Positions 1 through 9,676 of a stretch of 34,409 nt of DNA are shown here, piece by piece (the first letter of the stretch is position 1; every line of letters starts with the position of its first letter). This DNA is from Promethearchaeota archaeon (lineage in GTDB: Archaea; Asgardarchaeota; Lokiarchaeia; Sigyniarchaeales; SOKP01). Position numbers and translations under genes: made by a program. The notes under the pieces are model-generated. The model saw only the letters and a program-made list of their open reading frames with translations, was not told the DNA's origin and did not search any database. The stretch is from assembly GCA_008080735.1 (NCBI GenBank), contig SHMW01000043.1, forward strand, positions 1 to 34,409, given 5' to 3'.

Positions 1-893
1 AAAATTATATAATCTTTCTCGAGGAAATTATCAAATTTTTCAATGTTTTAGGGCGGTTGGATAAGGTTGGCAATCTCTATAAAGCAAAAATTAAAGAACA
101 ATTACTCAAATTGATCTACACAAAAGCACAAGAAAAGTTCCAGAACGACACCTTAATGATTAAAGAAGTGCGGGATCGTCTATTCGATATGCTTCTTAAA
201 TATAACTATATTATCGAAGACCATCCGAGAAGGGCGAGCGGCTCGCAATCGATTCGGACCTCTTATTCCGTGGGACCACAATATCAAGAATCATTAGATG
301 ATTATTATCGCGCCAAAGATTCCACACCCCTTAAGGTTTCGGTTGAGACCATAGATAAGGAATCAGATTTGAATTATGAATTGGAGGCCCTTTTTCCCTC
401 ATATGATGAAACTAAGAATGAAGATATAGTAGCAATAAATTCAGATTGGGAAAATTCTGATAAAGTATTCGATTCGAAATTTGACAAGAAAGAATTAGAA
501 GAAACTTTTCGTAATTTGTTGATGAAAGAATTTTTTTTCGATCTTACTAGGATCAATTTCCATCTGAAGAAAGAGAATTATGAAGAGGCACTCTTTCTTG
601 AGCGAGAAATATTACGATCCTTTTTGGTTAAATTTTATTGCGAATTTCACAAAAATGAGAGTTGTAAGATCTCTGATACACAAACGCAGAAAGCACTCGA
701 ATTTCTCGATCAGTCCTTGGATCTTCCGGTTTCCACCAAGGAATTTATGGACCATTTAGACTTATCAAAATTAGGTGCTCTCGACCAAAAACAACGAATA
801 GAACGCATCATATATAATTTTGACACCTTATTACAGGTTTTCCATACGCTCCACGACTATTTTATTGCGAAAGATAACGGAGGGAAATTATAA
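1..893 (+). CDS. Hypothetical protein, 5'-truncated by the window edge
   Basis: The frame of the 57..893 ORF is open back to position 3 (NYIIFLEEIIKFFNVLGRLDK...), so the TTG at 57 is probably not the real start. Mostly helical, no recognisable motif. The stop overlaps the next ATG (TAATG). Confidence 0.7.
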   Translation, partial: NYIIFLEEIIKFFNVLGRLDKVGNLYKAKIKEQLLKLIYTKAQEKFQNDTLMIKEVRDRLFDMLLKYNYIIEDHPRRASGSQSIRTSYSVGPQYQESLDDYYRAKDSTPLKVSVETIDKESDLNYELEALFPSYDETKNEDIVAINSDWENSDKVFDSKFDKKELEETFRNLLMKEFFFDLTRINFHLKKENYEEALFLEREILRSFLVKFYCEFHKNESCKISDTQTQKALEFLDQSLDLPVSTKEFMDHLDLSKLGALDQKQRIERIIYNFDTLLQVFHTLHDYFIAKDNGGKL

Positions 894-1261
894 TGTTTAC
901 TCAACCAGAATTAGCTGAGATATTAGAAAAGGTGATCTTTGATGAGAAAGAACTGAAAGCATTAAAAGAGGATCTAAATGCTCTGTCAATTAAGGATCGT
1001 AGTGATGGTACCATCCTTAAACGATTTTTACACTATTTAGCGGGTACCTATGAACAACTTCTCGAGTTTATCCCCTTTCATTATGAACAAATTACCCAAA
1101 GGATGGAAATCTCTACATTTGCCAAAATTAAGAATTCTGCAGATTATTCTTCGCAAGAGATATCACACCTACAGAGCGAACTCGAGGAGAAAGATGCCTT
1201 TTTAGAACAAATAGCTCTCAGAATTCAAGGAATTTATACTAGAATATCCCAAGATAAATAA
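893..1261 (+). CDS. Hypothetical helical/coiled-coil protein (122 aa)
   Basis: ATG overlaps the upstream stop (translational coupling); no motif recognised. Confidence 0.7.
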   Translation: MFTQPELAEILEKVIFDEKELKALKEDLNALSIKDRSDGTILKRFLHYLAGTYEQLLEFIPFHYEQITQRMEISTFAKIKNSADYSSQEISHLQSELEEKDAFLEQIALRIQGIYTRISQDK

Positions 1262-1296
1262 AATGAAAAATACATATAAAAATAGTATTTTTTTAA

Positions 1297-2130
1297 TTAA
1301 TTTATTTTAATTTGAATCGGTTGCATTCTGATATAATCATATCCAACGACATTGGGTGCCAAGACTTTTTTTTTCATATTTAAAATCCCTGCGAAGATGA
1401 TCTCGGTGGCTAAGTAAGACGCGGTCAAATGAACGAAGGATGCCATCGATGGAAAAGATCGTTCTCCTTGTAGTATTTGTTCAATGATTCCTTCTTTTCT
1501 GTCATACATTTCCTCTATTCCCGGAAATTGTAAGAGTTTCGGAAAGAGGTCAGTATATACACTCATCTCATTTTCTTCTAATTCTTCGATGCTAAGGGTA
1601 GTCGTATCGGTATTAAAACATTCCTCATAACTAATCGAATCAGAGGTAAACCACCACGCCCAAAGGTAGGGGATCCCCCATGATTCCACCATTGGAATTT
1701 GCTTTTCTCTACATTTTCTCGCGATAATGATTGAGGCTATAGGATCATCCAAGGAAAGACATACAATATTCGCATTTTCTAATATTATATCAATATTGTG
1801 AGAAGCTATATTTTTCCATTTGCTGACATTCATTTGAGGATCAATAGCTTTTAAGTGGCTTTCGAGATGATCGACCTTATACTTACCTAATTCTTCAGTT
1901 GTGCATAATTGCCGATTGAGGTTTGACTCTTCATAGAGGTCATTATCGCAAATCACGATATTTTGGCAACCGATTCTGGCTAATTGCTCAGTAAGCGATC
2001 CACCTACACCGCCCACGCCCATTATCACGATCTTACTGTTGCGAATGAGTTCTTGCTCTTCGTAGGTTACATGCCCGATATTTCTGCGTGTTCTCTTTTC
2101 ATAAAAATAATCATATTCGTGTATTACCAT
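1297..2130 (-). CDS. ThiF/MoeB/HesA-family (E1-like) adenylyltransferase
   Basis: EEQELIRNSKIVIMGVGGVG (GxGGxG), D..EESNLNRQ, GKYKV and CLSLDD motifs. The Zn-binding CxxC pairs of MoeB are absent. Confidence 0.9.
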   Translation of the reverse strand: MVIHEYDYFYEKRTRRNIGHVTYEEQELIRNSKIVIMGVGGVGGSLTEQLARIGCQNIVICDNDLYEESNLNRQLCTTEELGKYKVDHLESHLKAIDPQMNVSKWKNIASHNIDIILENANIVCLSLDDPIASIIIARKCREKQIPMVESWGIPYLWAWWFTSDSISYEECFNTDTTTLSIEELEENEMSVYTDLFPKLLQFPGIEEMYDRKEGIIEQILQGERSFPSMASFVHLTASYLATEIIFAGILNMKKKVLAPNVVGYDYIRMQPIQIKIN

Positions 2131-2278
2131 TAAAATTCCTCATTTATTAACCTTTTAAGAAGATTGCAGCCACTCTTATTTAAAGAAAAAATCGTATTAT
2201 GTTGATCTGAAATTATTTTTTCTTTATATATTCATCTCATCTATACTGAGTAAATATGAAGAACTATGTGAAATCATT

Positions 2279-3448
2279 ATGCATATATTAGAAATTAAAA
2301 AGTTAAATAGTATAACAGTAAAAAATACCATTACTATTTCAAAGATTCGATACGCATTTAATAAATTACTATACGTACCTGAACCAGAGCTAAAATTTAA
2401 GATTATAGAAGAATTGGTTTCTTATCTTAAAGATAAATTGAATGATGATTCTTATCCACTAAAAGTCTTTATTGCTAAAAATGGAAGAATTATTACTGGA
2501 ATTGTAGTATGCCAAATCGATCCCGATTATCGTAGTTACGGACGGAAATGCGGCACCTTCGGGTGGTTATATACTCTAGATTTTGAATCTTGTAAGAGTT
2601 TAATGGAGCACTGCAAACGATTTATGACCTCACGTGGGATACGAAAATTCCGTGGCCCAATTAATTATCCGAAAATAATTGGCGGTGTAGGATTCCAAAT
2701 TGATGGATTTGACCAAGATATGATGACGGGTGTAACTTATCACGATCCGGAAGCTCTTGAACCTAATTTTCTTAGAAGATTGAGTTTTGTGAGGGAATCG
2801 GAATATTGGTGCGTTAAGGTCACAAAAGATTATTGGAAAAAAGGATCTGCTATTCCAAGCGAGTTGGTCGTGAAATTTCCAAGCCTTCGGCAATTACGAG
2901 AGCTGAAGGGAGAGATCCTCCAACTGGCTTATAATTCCTTTAATGCTGTAATGGCGGATGCGACAGGAGGAGAGGAACGAATGGATGAAATGATTCGAAT
3001 ATACGAAATCTTTACAAATCTTAAGAAAGAGGTTTTTCTTACACAAAGTTCCTATGATCCTAGTAAGTTTACAGATATTCAAGCATTTAGACGGATCGTT
3101 TCACATTTTGATTTTGCCAAACGGTTGCCATGGGTGACACTCATTTTCAACAAGGATAATAGGCAATTAGTCGGTGTCGGATTACTTTTACCAAACATCT
3201 ATCAAGTGTGGGCGCAAAAACCTCTTACTCAAGGAAATGGTGATACAGTGATGATTCATCCCGATTTCATCGGAAAGGGAGTTTTTTCTCTGGGACAAAA
3301 TATCGGTCAGGTGCCCCTAAAAATGTATGGAATCACACACATAGAAGGAACACAGCTTTGGGCGAATAATAAACATGCTGTTGAGGTCATGTTTCCTCAT
3401 ACAGAAATCGTTCGAAAACATATTGTATTTCATAAAAAAATTAGATAA
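2279..3448 (+). CDS. GNAT-family N-acyltransferase, tandem-GNAT (YghO-like)
   Basis: GTFGWL, GIRKFRGPIN, GFQIDGFD segments and a C-terminal acyl-CoA motif VMIHPDFIGKGVF...EGTQLWANN. Confidence 0.7.
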   Translation: MHILEIKKLNSITVKNTITISKIRYAFNKLLYVPEPELKFKIIEELVSYLKDKLNDDSYPLKVFIAKNGRIITGIVVCQIDPDYRSYGRKCGTFGWLYTLDFESCKSLMEHCKRFMTSRGIRKFRGPINYPKIIGGVGFQIDGFDQDMMTGVTYHDPEALEPNFLRRLSFVRESEYWCVKVTKDYWKKGSAIPSELVVKFPSLRQLRELKGEILQLAYNSFNAVMADATGGEERMDEMIRIYEIFTNLKKEVFLTQSSYDPSKFTDIQAFRRIVSHFDFAKRLPWVTLIFNKDNRQLVGVGLLLPNIYQVWAQKPLTQGNGDTVMIHPDFIGKGVFSLGQNIGQVPLKMYGITHIEGTQLWANNKHAVEVMFPHTEIVRKHIVFHKKIR

Positions 3449-3553
3449 TATTTTAAAAATTGATTTTTTTCCATTTTATATGATATAGAAACCAGCAACT
3501 TTTTAAACTTAGATTATCAAATATGAATAGATATAAAAATATGGTTTTTAAAA

Positions 3554-4396
3554 ATGGAAAAAAGAAATAAAATAATAATAGAAATATCTCTACCTTTTAT
3601 TTTTAGTCTTACAGGAATCTTAATGCTTTATTATTTTTTCACAGAGCAAATAATTATAACATTTCAGACATATAAGGAAATTTATGCACTAACAATCGCG
3701 ATTCTCATTAAAATACTAGTTGTTTCTCTCATAGGGCTCTACCTTATTAAAAAATGGTTTAGTCAAGAGGAGCAGTATTTTTCAGATCTTCCTTTTTTGA
3801 CAGGTATTTTTTTTCTAGTCCTGGTTCCAGCGAAGTTTTTAGATCTATTATACTATTATCTTAATTTTCAAATTCCAGCGGATTTTTTGCTATTATTAAT
3901 TAAAATGAGATTTATTCTAGCGATATTAAATTTGCTACCTATGCTTTATTTGAGCATAGAAATGATTTTAATATACCTCTCACTAAATGAACGATTCAAA
4001 TCTATTCGAAATAAGAATAAATTTAAAAAGATACAAAAACTATGCCTAATACTAATTTTAATAATAGAATCAATTGTACTTTTAATCGCTCCTTCATATA
4101 ATGTTATAATAGCAATATATCCCTTCATTTCAGTGATATCATTCTTAATAATTATTTGGATGTTTATATTCGCTCATAGGAGTAACCGCCTTTCTGAAAT
4201 TAATCCAATAACCGTTGCTTGGGGGTTTATTATATTTCTAATAACATCAATATTTCGTGCATTAGGAACTAATTTACTTGACCCTGTTCTCAATTCGATC
4301 ATAACCGAAATCTTTGAAATAGGTGCTTTTATCGTAATATTTTATGGTCTGATTAAAAGAGCGAAGTATTATAAAACTAATAATAGAATGGGATAA
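3554..4396 (+). CDS. Multi-pass membrane protein (about 7-8 TM helices), unknown function
   Basis: Repeated hydrophobic segments; KKWFSQEEQYFSDLPFL loop shared with the decayed copy at 5744-6352. Confidence 0.8.
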   Translation: MEKRNKIIIEISLPFIFSLTGILMLYYFFTEQIIITFQTYKEIYALTIAILIKILVVSLIGLYLIKKWFSQEEQYFSDLPFLTGIFFLVLVPAKFLDLLYYYLNFQIPADFLLLLIKMRFILAILNLLPMLYLSIEMILIYLSLNERFKSIRNKNKFKKIQKLCLILILIIESIVLLIAPSYNVIIAIYPFISVISFLIIIWMFIFAHRSNRLSEINPITVAWGFIIFLITSIFRALGTNLLDPVLNSIITEIFEIGAFIVIFYGLIKRAKYYKTNNRMG

Positions 4397-4418
4397 TGAT
4401 TTTTCTAATTTTGCAAAT

Positions 4419-5636
4419 TTAAATAAATCTTAATAATTCCCTACCTTCCTGAATAAGATTTATTTTATTTATCTTTTCATTATATTTATTAAAGAGTATA
4501 TAATCTTCAAAAAACCCATTTTCTTTATTCAATCGCCAAGCTGGTATATATCCTCGTGGAAAAAAACCATTATCATAAAAAATTTGCTGATGAATCGCAT
4601 TATATCCATTAACATAAACCTCACTATATCTCACATTTAATTTATTAGCCAAAAATTTAAATTTATCAATTAAAATGGTCAATTCAAATGGGTTTTTAAC
4701 TTTATATTCCGTTTTTTCAAAATTTTGAACAGTGGGAGTATAAGTAAATTTAAGATATGAAGATGAGTCCTTCATTTTAAGGTTATAATGGTTATAACCA
4801 AATTTATCGATTTTTTTTTGAACTATAACTTTGTTTGTTTTTTTACAGAGCTTTTTTGGATTTAATTTATTTTGAAATTTGATTATTATTGGAGATTCTA
4901 ATCCATACCTTTTACGTGAAAAAGAATAGGGTCCAAATACACAAGGAATTATACGAGGTTTTTTATTGCTACGGTATCGTCGGAATAAATTATTATTATA
5001 AGATATTATGAGAACATCAGATTCAATATTGTTATAAAACCGATCTTTATTGGGCATTAAAGCTATTGGTCTTAAGCTGCATAAACGATTAATATATTGT
5101 GACTTCACATCAGCAGTACGAGCTTCACCCCACCATAATAAAATCCTACCATTGTATTTCTTAAGGACTTGTAAAAAACTCCCAACGTAAGCCTTTTTGG
5201 CATCCATAAGTCCTAAACTGTCTTTTCGAACAACAAAAGATCGTACGTATCCTTTCTTTTCTTTAAAATCTAACACATAACAAGTAGAACCCATCACCTT
5301 TCCCGAACCATCTAAAAATAGGAAAAACTTATGGTTCCCCCTTTGGATCATTTTCGCTATTTCTTCAGGATCTTCCATCTCTTTATACGGATAGGTTCCT
5401 TCATAATCTTCTTTAACGATATCTGCAATAACATTGGCGTCTTTTGACTCTGCTAATCTGAGTATTGGATTTATCTTATCGTTTGGTTTTCTCCTAATAT
5501 TCACATTTAACCTGTTTTCAATACTCAGATCTTCTATATAATTATTAAATGGAGTTAAAAATTCGTCAATATGAGATGGATGGATGTTATCTAAGAGGAC
5601 TTGAGGAGAGACTGATCCTATTACTCTTTCTACCAT
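4419..5636 (-). CDS. GNAT-fold protein (probably two GNAT domains)
   Basis: LRLAESKDANVIADIVKEDYEGTYPY, GYVRSFVVR, WGEART, and C-terminal QQIFYDNGFFPRGYIPAW. Confidence 0.65.
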   Translation of the reverse strand: MVERVIGSVSPQVLLDNIHPSHIDEFLTPFNNYIEDLSIENRLNVNIRRKPNDKINPILRLAESKDANVIADIVKEDYEGTYPYKEMEDPEEIAKMIQRGNHKFFLFLDGSGKVMGSTCYVLDFKEKKGYVRSFVVRKDSLGLMDAKKAYVGSFLQVLKKYNGRILLWWGEARTADVKSQYINRLCSLRPIALMPNKDRFYNNIESDVLIISYNNNLFRRYRSNKKPRIIPCVFGPYSFSRKRYGLESPIIIKFQNKLNPKKLCKKTNKVIVQKKIDKFGYNHYNLKMKDSSSYLKFTYTPTVQNFEKTEYKVKNPFELTILIDKFKFLANKLNVRYSEVYVNGYNAIHQQIFYDNGFFPRGYIPAWRLNKENGFFEDYILFNKYNEKINKINLIQEGRELLRFI

Positions 5637-5743
5637 TTCTTTAAAACCAATTTTTCTCTTGATATTTCAATATTAGACCCCTTAAATTCTATTTATATTT
5701 AAAGAAAAAAAAAAGGAAATCTTTGTAGAGTTGATTGTTATTT

Positions 5744-6352
5744 ACTTTTCAAGTTTATTATGAAGTTATGCTTCTTGCACTCGTTGTTATTTGAAAAGTC
5801 ATTATTGTAATAAGTTGTGTTATACATTTGCTTAATAAATGGTTTAAACAAGAGGAGCTTTATTTTTCAGACCTTCCCTTTTTAATTAATGTCTCGTTTT
5901 TAATTTTAGTTATAGGAATTATTCGATTTTCTTACATATTTCATAAATGTACAAATCTCCTCTGAATTACTATTGGTTTTAGTAAAAATAAGATATATTA
6001 TCATCATCATAAATTTATTTCCAATGATATATCTAAGTTTGATAATGATCTTTTTTTATATTTTAATTAATAGCAACAAGAGTTCTCCGAAAGAATTCTC
6101 TCTTGTTATTTCGGAGATTTTGGAAGTTATCGCATTTATTATAATTTTTATTGGTTTTACTAAGAAAGTAATATTACTTTAAATCAAATTGGTAGTTTTT
6201 CCAATATTATGAGCATATTGATTCAATAATATTGAATGGAGATTTGCAAAAAAAAGTTTTCTTCTTCAATTTTTCAAATAGGTATATTTATTATTGTATT
6301 CATAGGTCTTCTAAAAAAAGCAAATTACTCAAATCAAGATAAATCTGATTAA
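5744..6352 (+). pseudogene. Degraded paralog(s) of the 3554..4396 membrane protein
   Basis: TFQVYYEVMLLALVVI*KVII...KWFKQEELYFSDLPFL (TGA at 5792-5794), a frameshift, VKIRYIIIIINLFPMIYLS, an internal deletion, SEILEVIAFIIIFIGFTKK, then a second C-terminal remnant IFQIGIFIIVFIGLLKKANY (6269-6352). All align by eye to the intact gene. Confidence 0.85.
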
Positions 6353-6392
6353 ATTAAATAATAAAAAAGAGATAATAAAGAAGTGCTAAATT

Positions 6393-7895
6393 TTATTCTT
6401 TAAGCTTTTTGTGTAAGTCCAAGTCGGGACGACCTTTTCGGTGAATTGCCATTCCAAAAACGTCTTCGGCACCTTCAAGGACCATCTCGCTGATAGTTGG
6501 GTGGCTATGAATTACTTCACTCACATCTTGAATAGTTAAACCATGTTTCATGGCTAGAGCAATCTCAGATATCAATTCTGGAGCTTCAGCACCGATGCAA
6601 GATGCGCCAATGATCTCACCATTATCCTTATTGGCAAGAATCATGATAAAACCCTCTTCCTCGCCCATACATTTAGCCTTACCAAGAGATTGGAATGGAA
6701 ATCTTCCCATCGCCACATCAATTCCTTTATCTTTTGCATCGCTCCTTCTCATACCTACAGAGCCAATGTTTGGACTTGTAAATATCGTGGCAGGTACAAC
6801 GGTATAATCTGTAGTTTCATGATGTGTTGGAAATCCTCCTATACTCGTTAAGGCATTATTAACGGCAACATCACCTTCATAACTGGCTACATGTGCCAGC
6901 ATCACACCACCAGTCACATCCCCGATCGCATAAATTCCCTTACAATCCGTTTCTAATGTGTCTGGATTAACTTTTATAGCTCCGCGTTCTGTACCAATGC
7001 CCATCTCTTCTAAACCCAGATTTGAAGATTCTTTCGCTCTTCCAATGGACACAAGACAATAATCTGCCTCGAATATATTTTTCTCAGCACCCTCAACTTC
7101 GTCTCGTGGGACGTCTGCAGAGCATGTGGTAGCTTTCACGCCATCGCCTGTATTTTCTACGGATAATACATTTTGAGAGACGTGAAGTTCAATGTCTAAT
7201 TCATCAAATTTTTTCTGGAGTTCCCTAATCACCATTCGCTCTTCTGTTGCGATGGGTGAGGGAAGATACTCTAACATCGTAACTTTACTGCCAAATGTCG
7301 CAAAAATGTTTCCGAATTCACACCCAATAACACCCGCACCGATTATTAACAGACGTTCTGGCACTTCTTTAAAATCTGGATGTAGAATATCATCACTTGT
7401 TAAGATTCTTTCATGATCGATATTAAAGGCGGGAATTAATGCTGGAGAGGAGCCCGTTGCAATAATAATTCTTTTTGCTTTAATGGTGGTATTGTCTTCT
7501 CCTTCAATTTCGATATCAAACCCACTATTAGTATCCCCGCCTACTATTTTTCCATGGCCCATAAAGACATCATTTTTCCAACCTTTCTCCAATTGTCCAA
7601 TTCCATCAACCAATTCTCTAACGATTTTATTCTTTCTCTCCACAGCTTTGGCAAAGTCTAATTCTACCGAACATTTTACTCCAAAATCTTCGCCATGTTC
7701 TCTTATTTTTTGTATTAACGCGGATGATGCATATAATGCCTTGGTTGGGATACAACCCCAGTTTAAACATGTTCCCCCGAGGTTTTCCTTTTCTATCAAC
7801 GCAGCTTTAGCCCCAAATTGAGCAGCTCTAATTGCAGAATGATAACCACCTGGACCCGCGCCTATAACGGCTAGATCGTACATTTCATCGCTCAT
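6393..7895 (-). CDS. lpdA: Dihydrolipoamide dehydrogenase (E3)
   Basis: GAGPGG FAD motif, GGTCLNWGCIP redox disulfide, GAGVIGCE NAD motif, AIGDV, HSHPTISE. Confidence 0.95.
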   Translation of the reverse strand: MSDEMYDLAVIGAGPGGYHSAIRAAQFGAKAALIEKENLGGTCLNWGCIPTKALYASSALIQKIREHGEDFGVKCSVELDFAKAVERKNKIVRELVDGIGQLEKGWKNDVFMGHGKIVGGDTNSGFDIEIEGEDNTTIKAKRIIIATGSSPALIPAFNIDHERILTSDDILHPDFKEVPERLLIIGAGVIGCEFGNIFATFGSKVTMLEYLPSPIATEERMVIRELQKKFDELDIELHVSQNVLSVENTGDGVKATTCSADVPRDEVEGAEKNIFEADYCLVSIGRAKESSNLGLEEMGIGTERGAIKVNPDTLETDCKGIYAIGDVTGGVMLAHVASYEGDVAVNNALTSIGGFPTHHETTDYTVVPATIFTSPNIGSVGMRRSDAKDKGIDVAMGRFPFQSLGKAKCMGEEEGFIMILANKDNGEIIGASCIGAEAPELISEIALAMKHGLTIQDVSEVIHSHPTISEMVLEGAEDVFGMAIHRKGRPDLDLHKKLKE

Positions 7896-8032
7896 TTCTC
7901 ATCAACCTTGAAATTAATATTATTCGTTTGTATTAGTTTACTAGTGAAAATTGTGCGATAAATATTAATTTTGATTAATTTTTAGATGCAATAGAAAAAC
8001 TCTGATGGTTCATTTCATTAAAGGTTATATCC

Positions 8033-9448
8033 ATGATCATTAAGAATTATTCTGAACTTGTTAATGATAACTTATCGAATTCGCAGAAAAAACTGCGAAA
8101 GATTGCATTAGAAGCTTTACAAATAGCAATTGAGGCAGTAAAGCCCGGGAAATTAATGAAAAATGCATTAAAAGTTGAACAAGGACGATTAATAATTAAA
8201 AAAGAGAAATATGATATTTCTCAGAACAGTAGAATTTTTGTAATAGGCGGCGGGAAGGCCTCAGTTCAGATGGCAGCATCTTTAGAGAATATTTTTTCTA
8301 ATCATTTCCCTGAGATAAAATTTGAAGGCCTGATAAACATCCCCGAGGGATTGGAGATCGATAAAGATGACCGGCTTTCCAAAATTGAAATAAATTACGC
8401 ATCTCACCCAATACCGAATAAAGATGGATTGAAGGGAGTCAAAAAAATGATGAAACTGGTTGCAAATGCGTGTGAAAATGATTTTATTATTACACTTATT
8501 TCTGGAGGCGGTTCAGCTCTCTTACCTCTTCCTAAAAAACCTCTAAAGTTAGATGAATTAAAGAATATAAATTCCTTGCTTCTGGAATCCGGGGCAAATA
8601 TTCATGAAATCAATGCCGTTAGAAAGCATTTATCGGATTTCAAAGGTGGGAATTTAGCAAGGCATATCTGGAAAACAAGTAGAGCAACATTAATCTCGCT
8701 CATTATTTCTGATGTGGTTGGGAATACTCTTGATTCGATCGCCTCGGGACCTACCGTGCCCGATTCAACCACATTTGAGGAAGCGATTGACATATTGAAA
8801 AAGTATAACTTACTGGAAGAAATACCTCAAAATGCAAGAGAGATACTTGAAGAAGGCTCGAAAACCCCTATATTAGAAAATCCAAAACCCAATGATCCTT
8901 GCTTTGAGCGGATATTTAATTATTTAATAGGGAGTGTGAAAAATTCAGTTGATGAAGTTCGAGAGTTTTTAGCTTACAAGGAATATGAAGTAAAATATTT
9001 TTCAGATTCGATCACGGGAGAAGCTCGAGAATATGCAGCAGATCTCTATAATATTATAAAAAAGGAGACAAAATCAATGAATATAGAAAATATGAATAAG
9101 TTGGCGTTGATAGCTACTGGGGAATTAACAGTAACAATCAGAGGCAACGGAATTGGGGGGAGGAATCAAGAAATGTTGCTCAGTTTCCTTCATAAGACGA
9201 ATAAAAATAATCTGCCCGAGAACTTTTTAGTATTAGGAGCTAACCTAGACGGAATAGAAGGAAATAGCAAAGCGATGGGTGCGATTGTTGATAATAATGT
9301 TATTCAAAAGGCCCAAGACAAAGATATACGAAAATATCTGAAAATGAATGATTCAAATTCTTTTTTTAAGCAGATGGAAACGGAAATTATTTCAGGACCG
9401 ACAGGATGTAATGTAAATGATATCCTCTTGGTTTTAGTTATAAAATAA
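8033..9448 (+). CDS. Glycerate 2-kinase (MOFRL/TtuD family)
   Basis: GGGKAS, ASHPIP, LISGGGSAL, INAVRKHLS..KGG, ISDVVG..IASGPT, GGRNQE, GPTGCNVND. Confidence 0.93.
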   Translation: MIIKNYSELVNDNLSNSQKKLRKIALEALQIAIEAVKPGKLMKNALKVEQGRLIIKKEKYDISQNSRIFVIGGGKASVQMAASLENIFSNHFPEIKFEGLINIPEGLEIDKDDRLSKIEINYASHPIPNKDGLKGVKKMMKLVANACENDFIITLISGGGSALLPLPKKPLKLDELKNINSLLLESGANIHEINAVRKHLSDFKGGNLARHIWKTSRATLISLIISDVVGNTLDSIASGPTVPDSTTFEEAIDILKKYNLLEEIPQNAREILEEGSKTPILENPKPNDPCFERIFNYLIGSVKNSVDEVREFLAYKEYEVKYFSDSITGEAREYAADLYNIIKKETKSMNIENMNKLALIATGELTVTIRGNGIGGRNQEMLLSFLHKTNKNNLPENFLVLGANLDGIEGNSKAMGAIVDNNVIQKAQDKDIRKYLKMNDSNSFFKQMETEIISGPTGCNVNDILLVLVIK

Positions 9449-9676
9449 AATTACTATATGGTTAGTTTTCTTCTCGAGAAATAACCTTCACACTTATTTC
9501 AAAAGTCCTTTATCGTGTTTTTCTGATCTATACCTTTATAGTTCAATTATAACGACAATTTTACAAAATCATTTAAAATATTAATAAAAGGTTTTTTAAT
9601 CAGCATATTTTAAGATTTCATTAGCGATTTCTTAATCGAAAAATTTAGCAATAAATAAAATAGTAGGTCAAATACA

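Noticed and set aside
5973-6182. Stand-alone 69-aa membrane protein
   Set aside because: It is a fragment of the decayed paralog of 3554..4396.
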